Positions 1 to 12,178 of a stretch of DNA of 64,000 bases are shown one piece after another; position 1 is the first letter of the stretch; every line of letters begins with the position of its first letter. This DNA is from Podarcis vaucheri (lineage: Eukaryota), in NCBI GenBank assembly GCA_965113315.1, contig OZ220366.1; one strand, 5' to 3'. Made by a program: the position numbers and the translations under genes. The notes beneath the pieces were generated by a model. It was not told the DNA's origin. It saw nothing but the letters and a program-made list of their open reading frames with translations, and did no database searches.

Positions 1-323
1 TATCTTATTATTATCTATAGCTCTTAGAAAAGTTTATCATAATATAAAGGCTGTTTTCTGGCAAAACATACACTACTGAAAATGCCAGTAAAATAAATCT
101 TGCAATTATAAACACCTTGGCTTTTAATGTCAAAAGAATTAAGCATGCTGTTGTTTGTAGCATGCTGCATGGACTTCTTACTAAAAGTAAGTTTGTTAGG
201 AAGGACTGGGACCAGACTGCCCTGAATCCAAAGAAGTATAAAACTAGTTTTTGTTGAACAGCAGCCCCCACTTTCCCTTCCTGTATTCCACACTGTGAAT
301 GTATTTCAAAATTGAAGGGTTTT

Positions 324-325
<2 letters not shown>

Positions 326-363
<38 letters not shown>
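326..363. repeat. (CA)n microsatellite
   Basis: Directly visible. Confidence 0.98.
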
Positions 364-365
<2 letters not shown>

Positions 366-1719
366 TTCACTACATGCCATAGGGTTTGCCATCCAAAGGT
401 TAAAAAAGAAATCCACTGGATATGTTCAGCTCTTCAGCTTCTTCTACCACCAATCTACTGTTGTTATAATATAGTGATAAGATGCTACATATCCTTTGTT
501 GCTCAGTACCATCATGTTTGTAGGTTTGTAATTTATTTTAAATATTTTATCCAACAGAAAAGGTGTCTTCTGTAGACTGTGTGAAATGACTTAAAGCATT
601 TTGGTCAGTAGCCAGTTAACTTGTCTAATCAGTGGAAAGGTTTACACTTGCACAATGGATCTTCCTTCTCTTATCCCCCTGTGTGCCTCCTAAATCTGTC
701 CTGGGTTTCCCCCTCCCCAGACCTCTGCAACAGATGTGGGGAGGACACAAGACATGTATGGAGAGAGGAGAGGGGGAAGTTCTGTTGCACAAGTGTAGAT
801 TCTTGCACTGATGGAACAAGTTAGGTGGATATCCATCCCTTTCTGTGCAAAATAGGTCTAATGAGTAATTAACTATGAGATAAGCTTAATTTGGTTTGTT
901 TATCTAGCATCCACATTTTTCTCAATTAATTTTCCTATTCATAGTGATAACTAATATTTTGGAGTTTACCGGGAATGCTTTGTAGTGTGTTTAAGCAACT
1001 CATACTACTCCACATACCATTGTGGAGCTTATGGGAGCTGAACAAAATCTGGAGGGCCACAGGTCCCCAAGCCTCATTCTAGTAAAAGTGACAGTTCTAG
1101 ACAATAAATTATAACTTAAGAGGAAAATCAGATTCAAACCCTAGAGTTTAGTAGAGTATATTAGCATGCATGTGTGATAAAATGTTGTTGGCATCTGTCT
1201 GTCTTGGGAGACAATGGAGGAATGCACCTTGGGGGGTGAAGTCAAACTGTTGGAAGGTTATGGTGCGTGCTGTGAGTGTAGAGACCGATACAGGAGAGTG
1301 ATAAAATGCAATTTTCTTAGAAATGCCATAAATAAGAAGGAAGCTTCACTTGCTTAACTAAGCAGTTACCTAAGTTCTTGCTAAATACCTAAGTACTATG
1401 ATAGTAGTCTATAAGAGTTGTAGCAGATCAATGAGGATTTCATTTTAATAGGCACTATATATACTTGAATTTATTTATTTTTAAAGTCCCTGTGACTGAG
1501 ATCTCAGTGTATGACAAACACTTTCAGGAGAAAGTGAGTATAATATAATAGATATATGTTAGTCCATTTCTAATGAAGAATTCGATTCATTGTGTTGTGC
1601 CTTTATATTTTTGCCCCATTCTTCTAGTCTGTAAGCTAGTGACTTTATTAACTGAAGTGTGATCAAGGTGAGCTTGAATTCATAAGATGATAGAGTTCAG
1701 TCAGGATCTTTCTCATGAC

Positions 1720-1989
1720 TAGGGCTGGGTGATATATTGATGTATCATCCAAAACCTGTTTGAAATCCATATGGTGATATCAGTATCATAATTTTTGATG
1801 TGGCAAGATATTGCGAATCATGGTGTGTGTGTGTGTGTGCATGCGCTATGCAAAAATCACAATGTGGGAAGCCAGCCAGTGCCTCTACATAACTCCATCC
1901 TTATTTCAGACACCGTGATATATTGGTATATAATGATATTTAGCTGGTGATATGTCATGATGTTGAAAACCAGATATTGCCCAGCCCAA
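1720..1989. mobile_element. hAT-type MITE
   Basis: TIRs TAGGGCTGGGTGATAT / ATATTGCCCAGCCCAA; perfect 8-bp TSD CTCATGAC (1712-1719, 1990-1997). Confidence 0.9.
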
Positions 1990-2539
1990 CTCATGACAAA
2001 GGAATGTGCTTGGTCTACAGTCTGGTAAGCAGACATAGGAAGTAGACAGAGAAGCAGAGTGTGGAAAAATAAGTTACATTGTACAGAGCAACATAAATGA
2101 CCCATCTGAAACTATGGATTAAGGTACGTAAGTTGATTCAGGAAATTATATAGATATTGATAATAGAAAGAATCCTGCATAGGGCGACTATAACATTGTT
2201 ACCACTTGGAGATGGCTGAAGTATTTCAATATGACAGCAGCTCCATGTGAAAACCATAATTTCTGAAAGCCACTCTCACTATGTGTATTGCGCTTATTGT
2301 GGAGAAGAATGCATGTTGCTGGCATTGAAACTCTCTATATGATTTAGACAGTTTTCTTGATGTGTGGATTTCAAATGCTCTGACCAGGATTTGGAACCAT
2401 TGCACACAGAATTGTTTCCAGCTATATCAATGTGCTGGTCATTGGCCACACTGTACTAAGTCAGCTGACTGTAATAGAGAATGACCATTCTGGAAGGATG
2501 GTTAGCACAGACACAGTCTGGATGAACATTTCTAAAGTA

Positions 2540-2670
2540 GGGTCCATGTTTCAGTTGTAGAGCACATGCTTTGCCTGCCAAAGACACCAGCTTCAATCCC
2601 TGGCATCTCATATTAAATAGGATCAGAGAGCAGGTGATGTGTAGTTTCCTAGGGCTACTCCAGTCTTGTC
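2540..2670 (+). mobile_element. Decayed tRNA-derived SINE head (Squam3-like)
   Basis: TCAGTTGTAGAGCACATGCTTTGC...GCTTCAATCCCTGGCATCTC with A/B-box remnants. Confidence 0.6.
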
Positions 2671-3598
2671 AGGGAGGCTTAAAACCTGCCCCTGTCTTTT
2701 GAATTTTCTTTGTCATTGCCTAAGAATGTGAGGAGGAATTTGTCATCCTGTTTTGCCTCCTACCCACTGTATACCTGCCATGTATAACCCCTATATAGGG
2801 ATGTAAGGGTGTGATTCCAGGCATTGTCAAAGACTTTTGTTAAAGATCCTGGACAACTATTACCAGTCAGAGTAGCCTTCACTAGTGCTAGGCCAAAACT
2901 TGTTCCCCAATTTCACATGGCCATTCACTCCTGGAGAATTTGGGAGCTATTTTTTGCACCTTTCATAGGTGCAATGCAAATTTCTCATAACATTTTTAGA
3001 GATGCATACATAACTTATTTTATTGTACAATGTGGCCTAGGAAGCCTTTTTTTAAATGTTGTGTAAGTAAAACCACTTTGCTCATTCTGGCCTTTCAACT
3101 TGGCAACACTTCTTAGGGTGACAACATGACGTTGTGTAGTCATGTGGGTGTCCCATGAAGTGCTGCTAAGCTCTTAAGGTTCTCTTAAAGCTTTTTAAAA
3201 TCATCATGCACACTCTCAGCCATGCAGGGCTTCCAGTGTGGCAGCACTTCCTGAATTTCCCACCTGACTATGCAATGTAGCTGGCATAAGAGCTTCATTC
3301 TGCTTTTACTTTACACAATGCTTGAAGAAAAAACAGTAAAATGAGGTAAGCACAGCCCCCTCCTTTGAAAACAGGAATAAATTTCTCTGAACTTTGCTCC
3401 CACTCTACCCTTTTTGAAAGCATGTTTTGTGTCCTCCCCTTCTCAAATTGTTAAAAGAAAGGCAATTGAAGGTTTTGAACAGCTCTAATCATTACTGGTC
3501 TAGATACTCTGACCTGGGATAAGGCAGGTTCCTGTGTTCTTACCCTATTAGATTGTGTCTGAATCCACATAGGTAACTAATGTTTTTTGTGTTCACAG

Positions 3599-3670
3599 TG
3601 TTTGCTGCTGGCCTCTCCCCACGTCCCCACCCCCCACCCCACAGGATGGTATGATATTTGAAAGAAGACG
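3599..3670 (+). other. DYRK1A: DYRK1A 5' UTR portion of the start-codon exon
   Basis: Acceptor tgttttttgtgttcacag|TG at 3598/3599. The following sequence (..CCCCACAGGATGGTATGATATTTGAAAGAAGACG-ATG) resembles the recalled amniote DYRK1A 5' UTR. Confidence 0.75.
3646..3654 (+). promoter_or_regulatory. Minimal uORF Met-Val-stop in DYRK1A 5' UTR
   Basis: cAggATGGTATGA: A at -3 and G at +4 (strong Kozak); its TGA overlaps the next ATG (ATGA). Confidence 0.6.
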
Positions 3671-3680
3671 ATGCATACAG
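3671..3680 (+). CDS. DYRK1A: DYRK1A first coding exon (ATG CAT ACA G = M-H-T-G)
   Basis: ATGCATACAG|gtaact donor; joins in phase 1 to the exon at 50461 to give [12 protein letters not shown], the known DYRK1A N-terminus. Confidence 0.92.
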
Positions 3681-5035
3681 GTAACTCTTTAAGTTTCAAA
3701 GTACCTATAAGTTTCCTGATTTATATTAATCACTGTATACTTTGATTTTATTAAGTCAGGCGTGTAAATAGGCACTATCTTGGTAACCTGTGGCAAGTAA
3801 GTCACCAAACAAGAAAGCTTGTCGGTTAACATCAGCTGGTTGTACACGAAGCATAATGAGGTGGTAGAATATTTTTATGTATTTAGTTAGCTTTATATTC
3901 CACCCACCATGGAAGCCATTGCAGGAAACATGCTTCAGTAAACTAGCACATGAGGTTGAAAAGTTCTAGCTCAACCATTTGCTGTTCTGTTCCATTTACA
4001 TAAAACATTTTTAATTAGGGGATTGATTGATTGATTGATTGTCTGGACTGAAGTGGTATGTTCTGTTATATTGTATCTTTGTGCTACCATTTCATTCTGC
4101 TGCATGTTGTGGGCAGGGAAATCAGAAACTCTTGCTTGAGAGGCATAACTTAGATAAAAATGTATTAAAATAGCAAGTTTGGCATCTTGTAAAAGAATGG
4201 AAAAATGGTTTCAAGTTATTCAGAGTTTAATCAGCTTGTGAACCACAATAGTTTTATCCCCAGTAACATGGCTTATAGAATAATGTTGGCAAAGATTATT
4301 ACTTTTCAGATAGTTTTGTATTGCATTCTTATACTGAAAGTAAAGGGCATTCCCATCAACTGCAACCAGCATGGCCATTGGTCAAGGATGATGGCAGCTG
4401 TAGATCAACTGCATGTGGAAGGCAAAAGGTTACCTACCTCTACTGTTTATGTATAAACTATATATTGTACAAAAAATGGTTTCAACCATCACAATCCCCC
4501 CCGAAGAGTTCTGAATATTATAAAGCTTTTTTTTCCTTTGGCTAAAGTTCTATTTTATAAAACAATTCATAATGAGAAGACAAATGAAGTTTGTTTTTGG
4601 TGAATAGTGCAGAACTGGAAAAGTTTACGGTTCATTGATTATCTTGTGTTTTTGTATATGTAGTTTACAGTGGAGTCTTCTGTCTTTGCTGTCCTGAGAT
4701 TTACCTTTAAACATCACCTGGAATATTGGATATATATTTTTTAAATTAGCAAGATGCTTTTTCTCACATCTTTTCCACTTACCTCTTCTCCACCTTTTTC
4801 TTTTGCTTAAAAGTGTGTTTAAAAAGTGTTCACACTTCTTGAAGCATCAGATGGACAAAAGTGAACTTGAACACACAAGGCAGTGATGGCCAGCAACTTG
4901 AATGGTTTTAAAAAAGGATTACAGCTAACAGTGGCCACCAACCCTGATGGATACCTTTTTTCCTTCAGTGTTGGGAGAATTTAGCACAGCAGCTTGCCCC
5001 ACCCCCTTCCCGCATGACACAGCTACTTTGCTATA

Positions 5036-8000
5036 CAGTGGTGCCCCGCAAGACGAAATTAATTCGTTCCGCAAGTTTTGTCGTCTAGCGAATTTTTCGT
5101 CTTGCGAATCACGAAATCCCATAGGAATGCATTGAAAATCAATTAATGCGTTCCTATGGTCAAAAAAAGTCCAAACAAAGCCAAATTTGGTACAACAACA
5201 GTTTATTAACTGCTCTTTAAAGTCACACATACTGTAAAGAGCAGTTCAAAAATTGAAGGGAAAATAAATTAACTTTATAAACATGACAGAAAAACATTTA
5301 AAAATCAACAAAGTGTACAGTACATTTTCTAAGACTCTGGGGGACCACTCGAAGAAGGCTCCTCTTCCACTCTTTGCTTCTTGGTCAAGAACCTGTCCAT
5401 AGTCTGCTGCTTCATCCGCCTTTTCAGCAGCTCCCTGAAAGGCGACATGACCCTCGTATCATAAAAGTTCCCAACGTCATGTGCCACGTGCTTCTCAGGG
5501 TGGTGTTGCTCTGCAAAAGTCTGCACCTCCTTCCACTTCAGGCAAATGTCCCTCAGTTTTTCGAAGGACAGCCATTCCTCAGTTGCTTCCTCCTCTTCCA
5601 GTGAGGCCTGCTCCTGCGCAGCCTCTGCCTGCAGTTCGACCAGCTCCACGGTGGTCAGCTCGTCATCGTGCTCCTCCACCAGCTCGCTGATGTCCTCCTC
5701 TGTGACCTCCAGGCCCATGGTCCTCCCCAAGGCAACAATGTCCTGCACCACTGTTGACTCTGGTGCATCAGAGTCACTTGGTGCCACACAGTCCGGCCAC
5801 AGGCTGCGCCAAGCGCAATTCAAATTTCTCTGGCTGATCCCTTTCCAGGCCGTGGTGACCATCTTCAAGCAGGTGACGATGTCGAAGTGGTCCTTCCAGA
5901 ATTCCCGCAGGGTGATGGTGGTGCAGTCAGTCACCTCGAAGCATCGCCTGAAAAGCTCCTTGGTGTAGAGTTTTTTGAAATTGGCGATGACCTGCTGATC
6001 CATCGGCTGGAGCAGTGGCGTGGTGTTAGGCGGCAGGAACATGATGTTGATGAAGCTGAACTCCTCCAACAAGTCCACCTCAAGGCCTTTAGGATGGGCA
6101 GGAGCATTGTCCATCAGAAGCAAAGCCTTCAGCGGCAGGTCGTTGTCCAGCAGGTACTGCTTGACAGCAGGGCCAAAAGCAAGATTGACCCAGTCCACAA
6201 ACAGCACACGTGTGACCCAAGCCTTGCTGTTGGATCGCCACATGACACTCAGCTGCTCCTTGTCGATCTTGTGTCTCTTGAAGGCCCGTGGGTTCTCCGA
6301 GTGGTACACCAGCAGGGGCTTGATCTTCAGGTCGCCGCTTGCGTTGGCACAGAGGAGCAGGGTCAGACGGTCCTTCATGGGCTTGTGGCCAGGCAACTTG
6401 GACTCCTCCTGAGTGATGAAAGTCCTTTTGGGCATCCTCTTCCAAAACAGCCCGGTCTTGTCGCAGTTGAAGACCTGCTGTGGAACGTAGCCCTCCGTCT
6501 TCACAACCTCCAGGAACTCCGCTGCAAAGTCTTCAGCCGCAGGAACATCAGAACTGGCAGCCTCTCCATGCCTGACCACGCTGTGGATGCCAGATCTTGT
6601 CTTGAACCGTTCAAACCAACCTCTGCTAGCCTTGAAGACTTCTGGCTCGGCTGAGGTTCCTGGCTGTTCCCGGATGAGGTCAGCGTGCAAGGCCTTGGCC
6701 TTGGCCTTCTCACAAATGACGGCCTCAGACACTGTGTCCCCTGCACGCTGCTTCTCTTCTATCCAGATGAGCAGCAACTTCTCGACCTCCTCCAGAACAG
6801 CTGGGCGGTTCTTCACGATCCTGGTGACTCCCTTGGCTGCATCAGTCGCCAGGATCTTCTCCCTCATCTTCAGGATGGTCCCGATGGTTGATGGATTCCT
6901 CCCGTACTCCCTGGCGATGTCCGTCACACGCATTCCGCCGTCGTGCTTCCGGATGATCTCCTTCTTCATTTCCAGCGTCACCTTCTTCTTCTTCTCGCCG
7001 GCCACCGCAGCAGCAGTCTTCTTGGGTCCCATGGCAGCACAGCTCTTACCTTCGTAAACTCAGAAAAAGAAAAAAAAATCAGTGATGTGCTTCAAATTCA
7101 AAAAATTCAAAAGCACCCAGCCACCCACCACACAGAAATTAAAACCCAGAACCAAGGCCTTGAATCCCAAGCACCCCAACCCAAAATCCAAAATCCAACC
7201 CCCCCAAAAAAAAGTTTTAAAAGTTTAACTTACCAAATGGATGCAAGAGAAGTTCTGGAAAAGCTTCAACAATCAATCACCGAAGTTTTCAGAAACCTCA
7301 AATGGCTGCAAAATAAGTTTTGGAAAAGCTTCAAAAATCACCAATGTCTTCAAAAACCTCAACTGCTCCCACAGACACCCACCCACCCACAACACAGAAA
7401 TTGCAAACCCCTCCCCAACTGCTCCTCCAGCCCCTCCCCAACTGCTGCAAACCCCTCCCCAACTGTTCCCCCACCCAGACAAAAAATAATTTCAAAAAAT
7501 AACAACATGGCCCAATGGTCCCAGATTCCTGCAGAAACCTCCCCAACTGTTCCCCCAGCCAGCCAGCACTCAGAAATTCAAACTCAGAAAAAAAAATTTG
7601 AAAAAACCAACCTGGCCCAATGGTCACAGAAAATCATAAAAATTCCCAAAAAAGGCCCACAAGCTCCCAGATTATCGCAAACCCCCCCCACAACACCAAG
7701 TCCTTGAATCCCAAACACCCCAACCCAAATTCCAACCCCCCAAAAAAAAGTTTTAAAAGTTTAACTTACCAAATGGATGCAAGAGAAGTTCTGGAAAAGT
7801 TTTGGAAAAGCTTCAAAAGTGAGCAAAGTCTGAGAAAAGGCTACCAAACCACATGCTAACAGTTGCTCCTCGAAGTCAAGTCGCAACTGCAGCTGTTCAA
7901 GCTAAGCACCCTTGGCTTTAATGGTTTTTAGACAAAGGAAACAAAGTCGCGAGACGTTTTCGTCTTGCGAAGCAAGCCCATAGGGAGATTCGTCTTGCGA

Positions 8001-8078
8001 GGCAAATCGAAAACGGAAAAACCTTTCGTCTAGCGAGTTTTTTGTCTTGCGAGGCATTCGTCTTGCGAGGTACCACTG
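5036..8078 (-). mobile_element. Full-length Tigger (pogo superfamily) DNA transposon, 3043 bp
   Basis: TA target duplications (5034-35, 8079-80); 22-bp TIRs CAGTGGTGCCCCGCAAGACGAA / CAGTGGTACCTCGCAAGACGAA (2 mismatches); internal transposase ORF. Confidence 0.96.
5329..7032 (-). CDS. Tigger/pogo transposase, 567 aa (CENP-B-like HTH domains + DDE_1 domain, DD36D)
   Basis: Motifs VTLEMKKEII, FKASRGWFERFK, FNCDKTGLFWK, KDRLTLLLCANASGD, LLMDNAPAHP, FLPPNTTPLLQPMDQ; Kozak GCTGCCATGG; no stops or frameshifts. Confidence 0.95.
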   Translation of the reverse strand: MGPKKTAAAVAGEKKKKVTLEMKKEIIRKHDGGMRVTDIAREYGRNPSTIGTILKMREKILATDAAKGVTRIVKNRPAVLEEVEKLLLIWIEEKQRAGDTVSEAVICEKAKAKALHADLIREQPGTSAEPEVFKASRGWFERFKTRSGIHSVVRHGEAASSDVPAAEDFAAEFLEVVKTEGYVPQQVFNCDKTGLFWKRMPKRTFITQEESKLPGHKPMKDRLTLLLCANASGDLKIKPLLVYHSENPRAFKRHKIDKEQLSVMWRSNSKAWVTRVLFVDWVNLAFGPAVKQYLLDNDLPLKALLLMDNAPAHPKGLEVDLLEEFSFINIMFLPPNTTPLLQPMDQQVIANFKKLYTKELFRRCFEVTDCTTITLREFWKDHFDIVTCLKMVTTAWKGISQRNLNCAWRSLWPDCVAPSDSDAPESTVVQDIVALGRTMGLEVTEEDISELVEEHDDELTTVELVELQAEAAQEQASLEEEEATEEWLSFEKLRDICLKWKEVQTFAEQHHPEKHVAHDVGNFYDTRVMSPFRELLKRRMKQQTMDRFLTKKQRVEEEPSSSGPPES

Positions 8079-11000
8079 TAGAAGGACTTAGGTTTACAAT
8101 CAGATAAAGTTTTTTGAAAGATGGGTATCATTTTTCATGTGCTGAATCCTAAAGTTCCAGAATAACATGTCACATTGTATCTTTTTAGCTGTTTCACAGA
8201 ATGATTGTAAATATATTCTCTTTATAATGCTTTTTCTTTTGTGTTTATCTAAAATAGAGTGGTATGTGCATATGTATGCACAGACACACATTTTTTGGGG
8301 GGCGGCGGCACAAAGCCTATCATAGTGGAGCAATCAACATTTTTTTTTAAAAAAAGTATTAACTTTAATTTTTTAAAATGACAAATTCATTGAGCTCTTG
8401 GCCACAAAAAAGCTCTTGGGGGCCAGATGTGTCCTATCAGCCACCTGTTAGGCACACCTGGTCTAACCTCTTGTTGAAACTATAGCTGATTCTTGGGGAG
8501 ATCCTTCTTGCCTTTGGAGCTGTTGGCTAGAACTACTAGTCATAACAGAGGCTTGCTTGCTGGCTATTTTTCAAGGTGGAAGGAAAGACCTCACTAAAAA
8601 GGAAGACCAGCAATGAAGAATTCGAGTACCTTGCAAACAGGGTGAATGAATTTTAAAGTAATTTTAATTTTAAAAGGCTATCATTAAGAGAGAGAGAAAT
8701 CATGCTTCCCATTTTGAAATTGGTTTTCAAGTAAATGGAATAAAGGCTCTAACTAGATTGATAATTGAAAATATTTTATCACTCAGTCCATCTCCCTTTT
8801 CCACAAGATTTCAGAATTGTATCTGAGTGAGGGCAATCATGAAATTAATGGATTTCTGTTTCACTTTTTCTGTATACTTGCAAGGGCACTAAGCAAGATC
8901 ACTCATTTGAAGTCTAGTTCTGTAATCCTATGTGCATTTACTTGGAAACATGAACCATGTGACTCAGTAGTGCATATTTTCAAGTCAGTCATGGATGGAG
9001 TTAGGTGTAAGATTGGCCAGAACTTTCAAACTGAACTTATTTTAAGAACCCACATAGAGGGCAGATAATAGAGAATTGCTCAGGTGCATTTGTTGGATAA
9101 TCCTAATGAGATGCAGGACAAAAAGTTTGGGATTTATTGACTGGGTCCAGTAGAAAGTCAGTATGATAACTATAAACACTACATATTTTATTCATATTTT
9201 ACATATCTCTGCCTTCATATTTTGTGTGTGTATCCATATTTTACATTTATAAATACTCGTCCTCAAAAGCCAGATATTTCCTACCATTTTTCCTTTTACA
9301 TAGAAAAATAGTCTTTGTTTAATGCTTTAATTAGCTGATCATACATTAATTTGTGCTTGCAGCCCTACTACTTCCTTGTTCCATTTTTCCACTACATATT
9401 TTTGGGCTATAGGCTATAGGTCTGTTGCTGTGTTTATAATCCTCAGGTAGGTGAAGCATTTTGTGATTAAAAAAAAAAGGTATAGAGCTTGCTTTTGCTG
9501 TTTAAGGTTTGGGACAGTCAGCTCCTTGGAGAACTTAGTGTGTCCCAAGAAAGAAATTAATGAAAATACAGGCTCCTATAAACCAAAACTGCTCATCTAA
9601 AGATATAGCTGCATGTTCTGTGTTTGCTTCTTTTCTGTAAGGAGGCTCGCCAAGACCAGAAGTTCATTTACCTAGTGGGTGGACTCTTAGAGAAAGGGTA
9701 ATCATTACTCCTTTGGAGAGAACAGGTTAGAGTGAAATATACTTCTGAATTTAATTCAAAAAAATAAGAATGCTTTGGCTGTTAGACACTTCAGAAATAT
9801 TGTTTTATTCAGAAATTATTTATTTCAAAGTGTTGTTGGTGAGACAAACTCAGCAGCTGGCAATAGTGGCAGTAGTACTTTAAGTCAAGTATCAAAAGTA
9901 ATGACTGTACTTGATTGTTTTGGCTTCATACATTTGCTATCTTTAATGGAGAGGAAACTTCCTACTGTGAGGTGTTTGGGATTTGTGCTCATTGAGAGTT
10001 AAGAAAACTAACAGTTTATTAAGTGTAAGTCTTGACTAATGCACAATAAGACATTGGTTACCTAATAAACTTAATATATAAAATCCCAAATCTGAGCATT
10101 TATGACTTCAGTTATGACAGATTGTACTGACAGTAAGCTTTATCTTAATATAATTCATTTTGATACTTTATATTAAGGCTTTACTTAAATATAATATGAA
10201 ATTCAGAAGAATATGAATCTGTCAAAGCTGTAAATACCAGTGTCTCACATCCCATGGCAGGTCTTCAGATTTGTTTGCTTCTGTTTAAAACCTATGCATA
10301 TTTAATTGAGGGAAAAGAGGAAGATAGAGCGATTTATGCATGCATGCCAATGATCTCCTGATTGACAATTCTTGGTTGCACTAGTCCTTCATGCAGAAAC
10401 AGCTTTACAGGTTATATTTAAATGAAACAAGCAACACAAGAAATTATTATTTTTCTCCCCAGTACATACTTTTTTGTTTTATTTTGACTGTTTGAGAAAC
10501 ATATAGTTAGACAATTCCTGATCTAAATTATAAAATGTAAATTTATCTCTAGATTATGATTTAGGCTGTAAACCTGTACCTACTTAATCTTAGAGTAAGG
10601 CCTAATGGGTACACATATATAGGATTGCAGCCCTTAGTCGCTTAGCTTATTGGCAGAACTATCATTTAGGCTTCGTTTTCAGGACTGAATTTTTCATTGG
10701 TTATTATAAATCAGTGCACTCCCATAGAATATAGGGCCATGCTTGCAGCAATAAGAGGATAGGCTACTGTCAAATCATCATGCTTTATCCTTTATTTGGT
10801 AAAAGCTCAAATTCAAAATACCTAGCTGAAAATGTAGCAGAAAAATACTGTCTCTTTCCACATGCTGATAATAAATATTGCAAATAATAATTGTAATATC
10901 TATACATATTAGATAATAAAACAAAGCCTTGTTGTGTGAGACAAGTCTCTAGCTAGCCAAGCATCCTGTTTCTACAGAAGGCTAGTTGCAGACTTTTAGA

Positions 11001-11199
11001 GATGGTTGAAATATTTTGGCATCTATAGAATGCCAGCAAAAAATGCCTCTTCATCATTAAGAGTTAATAAATCCACTCAGCTCATGAATCTAGGTGGAGA
11101 ATCCTTTACCCTCTGACAACACATTACAAGTCACCACACATCCATTGAATTGCACACTGTTCCTCCGTGCTTATTTCCCAGCACCAACCAGTGAAATCA

Positions 11200-11778
11200 A
11201 ACTGCTGATATATTGTTGTTACACAAATCTATGGTGCAACCACATTCAGAATACTGTGTATAGTTTTGGTCGTCTCATCTCAAAAATGGTTTTGTAGATA
11301 GAGGAGGAAAAGGTTGTAGAAAAGGACAACCAGAATGATCAAGGGGATGGGAAAAGATAACAGTATTTGGGACTTTTTAGTTTAGAGAAAAGAACCCGTG
11401 GATATCCAATGAAGCTGAATGTTGGAAGATTCACGACAGATAAAAGAAATCACTTCTTCATGTAGTGCATAGTTAAACTACGGCACCCGCTCCCACGGGA
11501 GTCAGTGACGGCCACCAACCTAGATGGCTTTAAAAGAGGATTATACAAATTCATGGAGAAGAGGGTTATTAATGGCTATTAGCTGTACTCTGCTTCCATA
11601 GTTGGAGACAGCAGTGCTTCTGAATACAGTTGTTGGAAACCACAGGAAGAGAGAGTGCTCTTGTGCTCAAATCCTATTTGCAGGTTTCCCCCAGGCATCT
11701 GTTTGGCCACTGTGAAACCAGGATGTTGGAGGAGATGGGCCATTGGCCTGATCCAGCAGAGTCTTCTTATGTTCTTAC
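11200..11778 (+). mobile_element. Older CR1 LINE 3' fragment
   Basis: Degenerate RPHLEYC/FSLEKR-coding remnants; 3' end GGCCTGATCCAGCAGAGTCTTCTTATGTTCTT. Confidence 0.8.
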
Positions 11779-11936
11779 AGGGATATCCCAAAGACCATAA
11801 ATTTGGTTGCAAAGACCAACCAAAATGCAGGAACCACTGCACATCATGGTATTCCGTGTAGCAAGCATGTACCACATAGCTTGGACATTTCATATCTGTA
11901 CTAACAATATGATGCCTCTAATTAGCCAGCTCTACA

Positions 11937-12178
11937 CAGTGGTACCTCGGGTTACATGTGCTTCAGGTTACATATGCTTCAGGTTACAGACTCCACTAAC
12001 TCAGAAATAGTGCTTCAGGTTAAGAACTTTGCTTCAGGATGAGAACAGAAATCGGGCTCCGGCGGCACAGCAGCAGCAGGAGGCCCCATTAGCTAAAGTG
12101 GTGCTTCAGGTTAAGAACAGTTTCAGGTTAAGTACGGACCTCCGGAATGAATTAAATACTTAACCTGAGGTACCACTG
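11937..12178. mobile_element. Tigger-type MITE, family B (CAGTGGTACCTCGGGTTA ends)
   Basis: TIR CAGTGGTACCTC(G/A)GGTTA; repeated CAGGTTAAG/CAGGTTACA motifs; right TA. Confidence 0.9.

Noticed and set aside
5329-7032. Domesticated TIGD/CENP-B-like host gene
   Set aside because: Intact TIRs, TA TSD and many cognate MITEs indicate a transposon copy rather than a domesticated gene.
5374-7057. Several long + strand ORFs (e.g. 5887-6654, 255 aa)
   Set aside because: Antisense shadows of the GC-rich transposase ORF; no recognisable domains.
6943-7707. 254-aa Pro/Gln/Lys-rich + strand ORF in the Tigger leader
   Set aside because: Arises from C/A-skewed repetitive sequence that is poor in stop codons; antisense to the transposase and low complexity.
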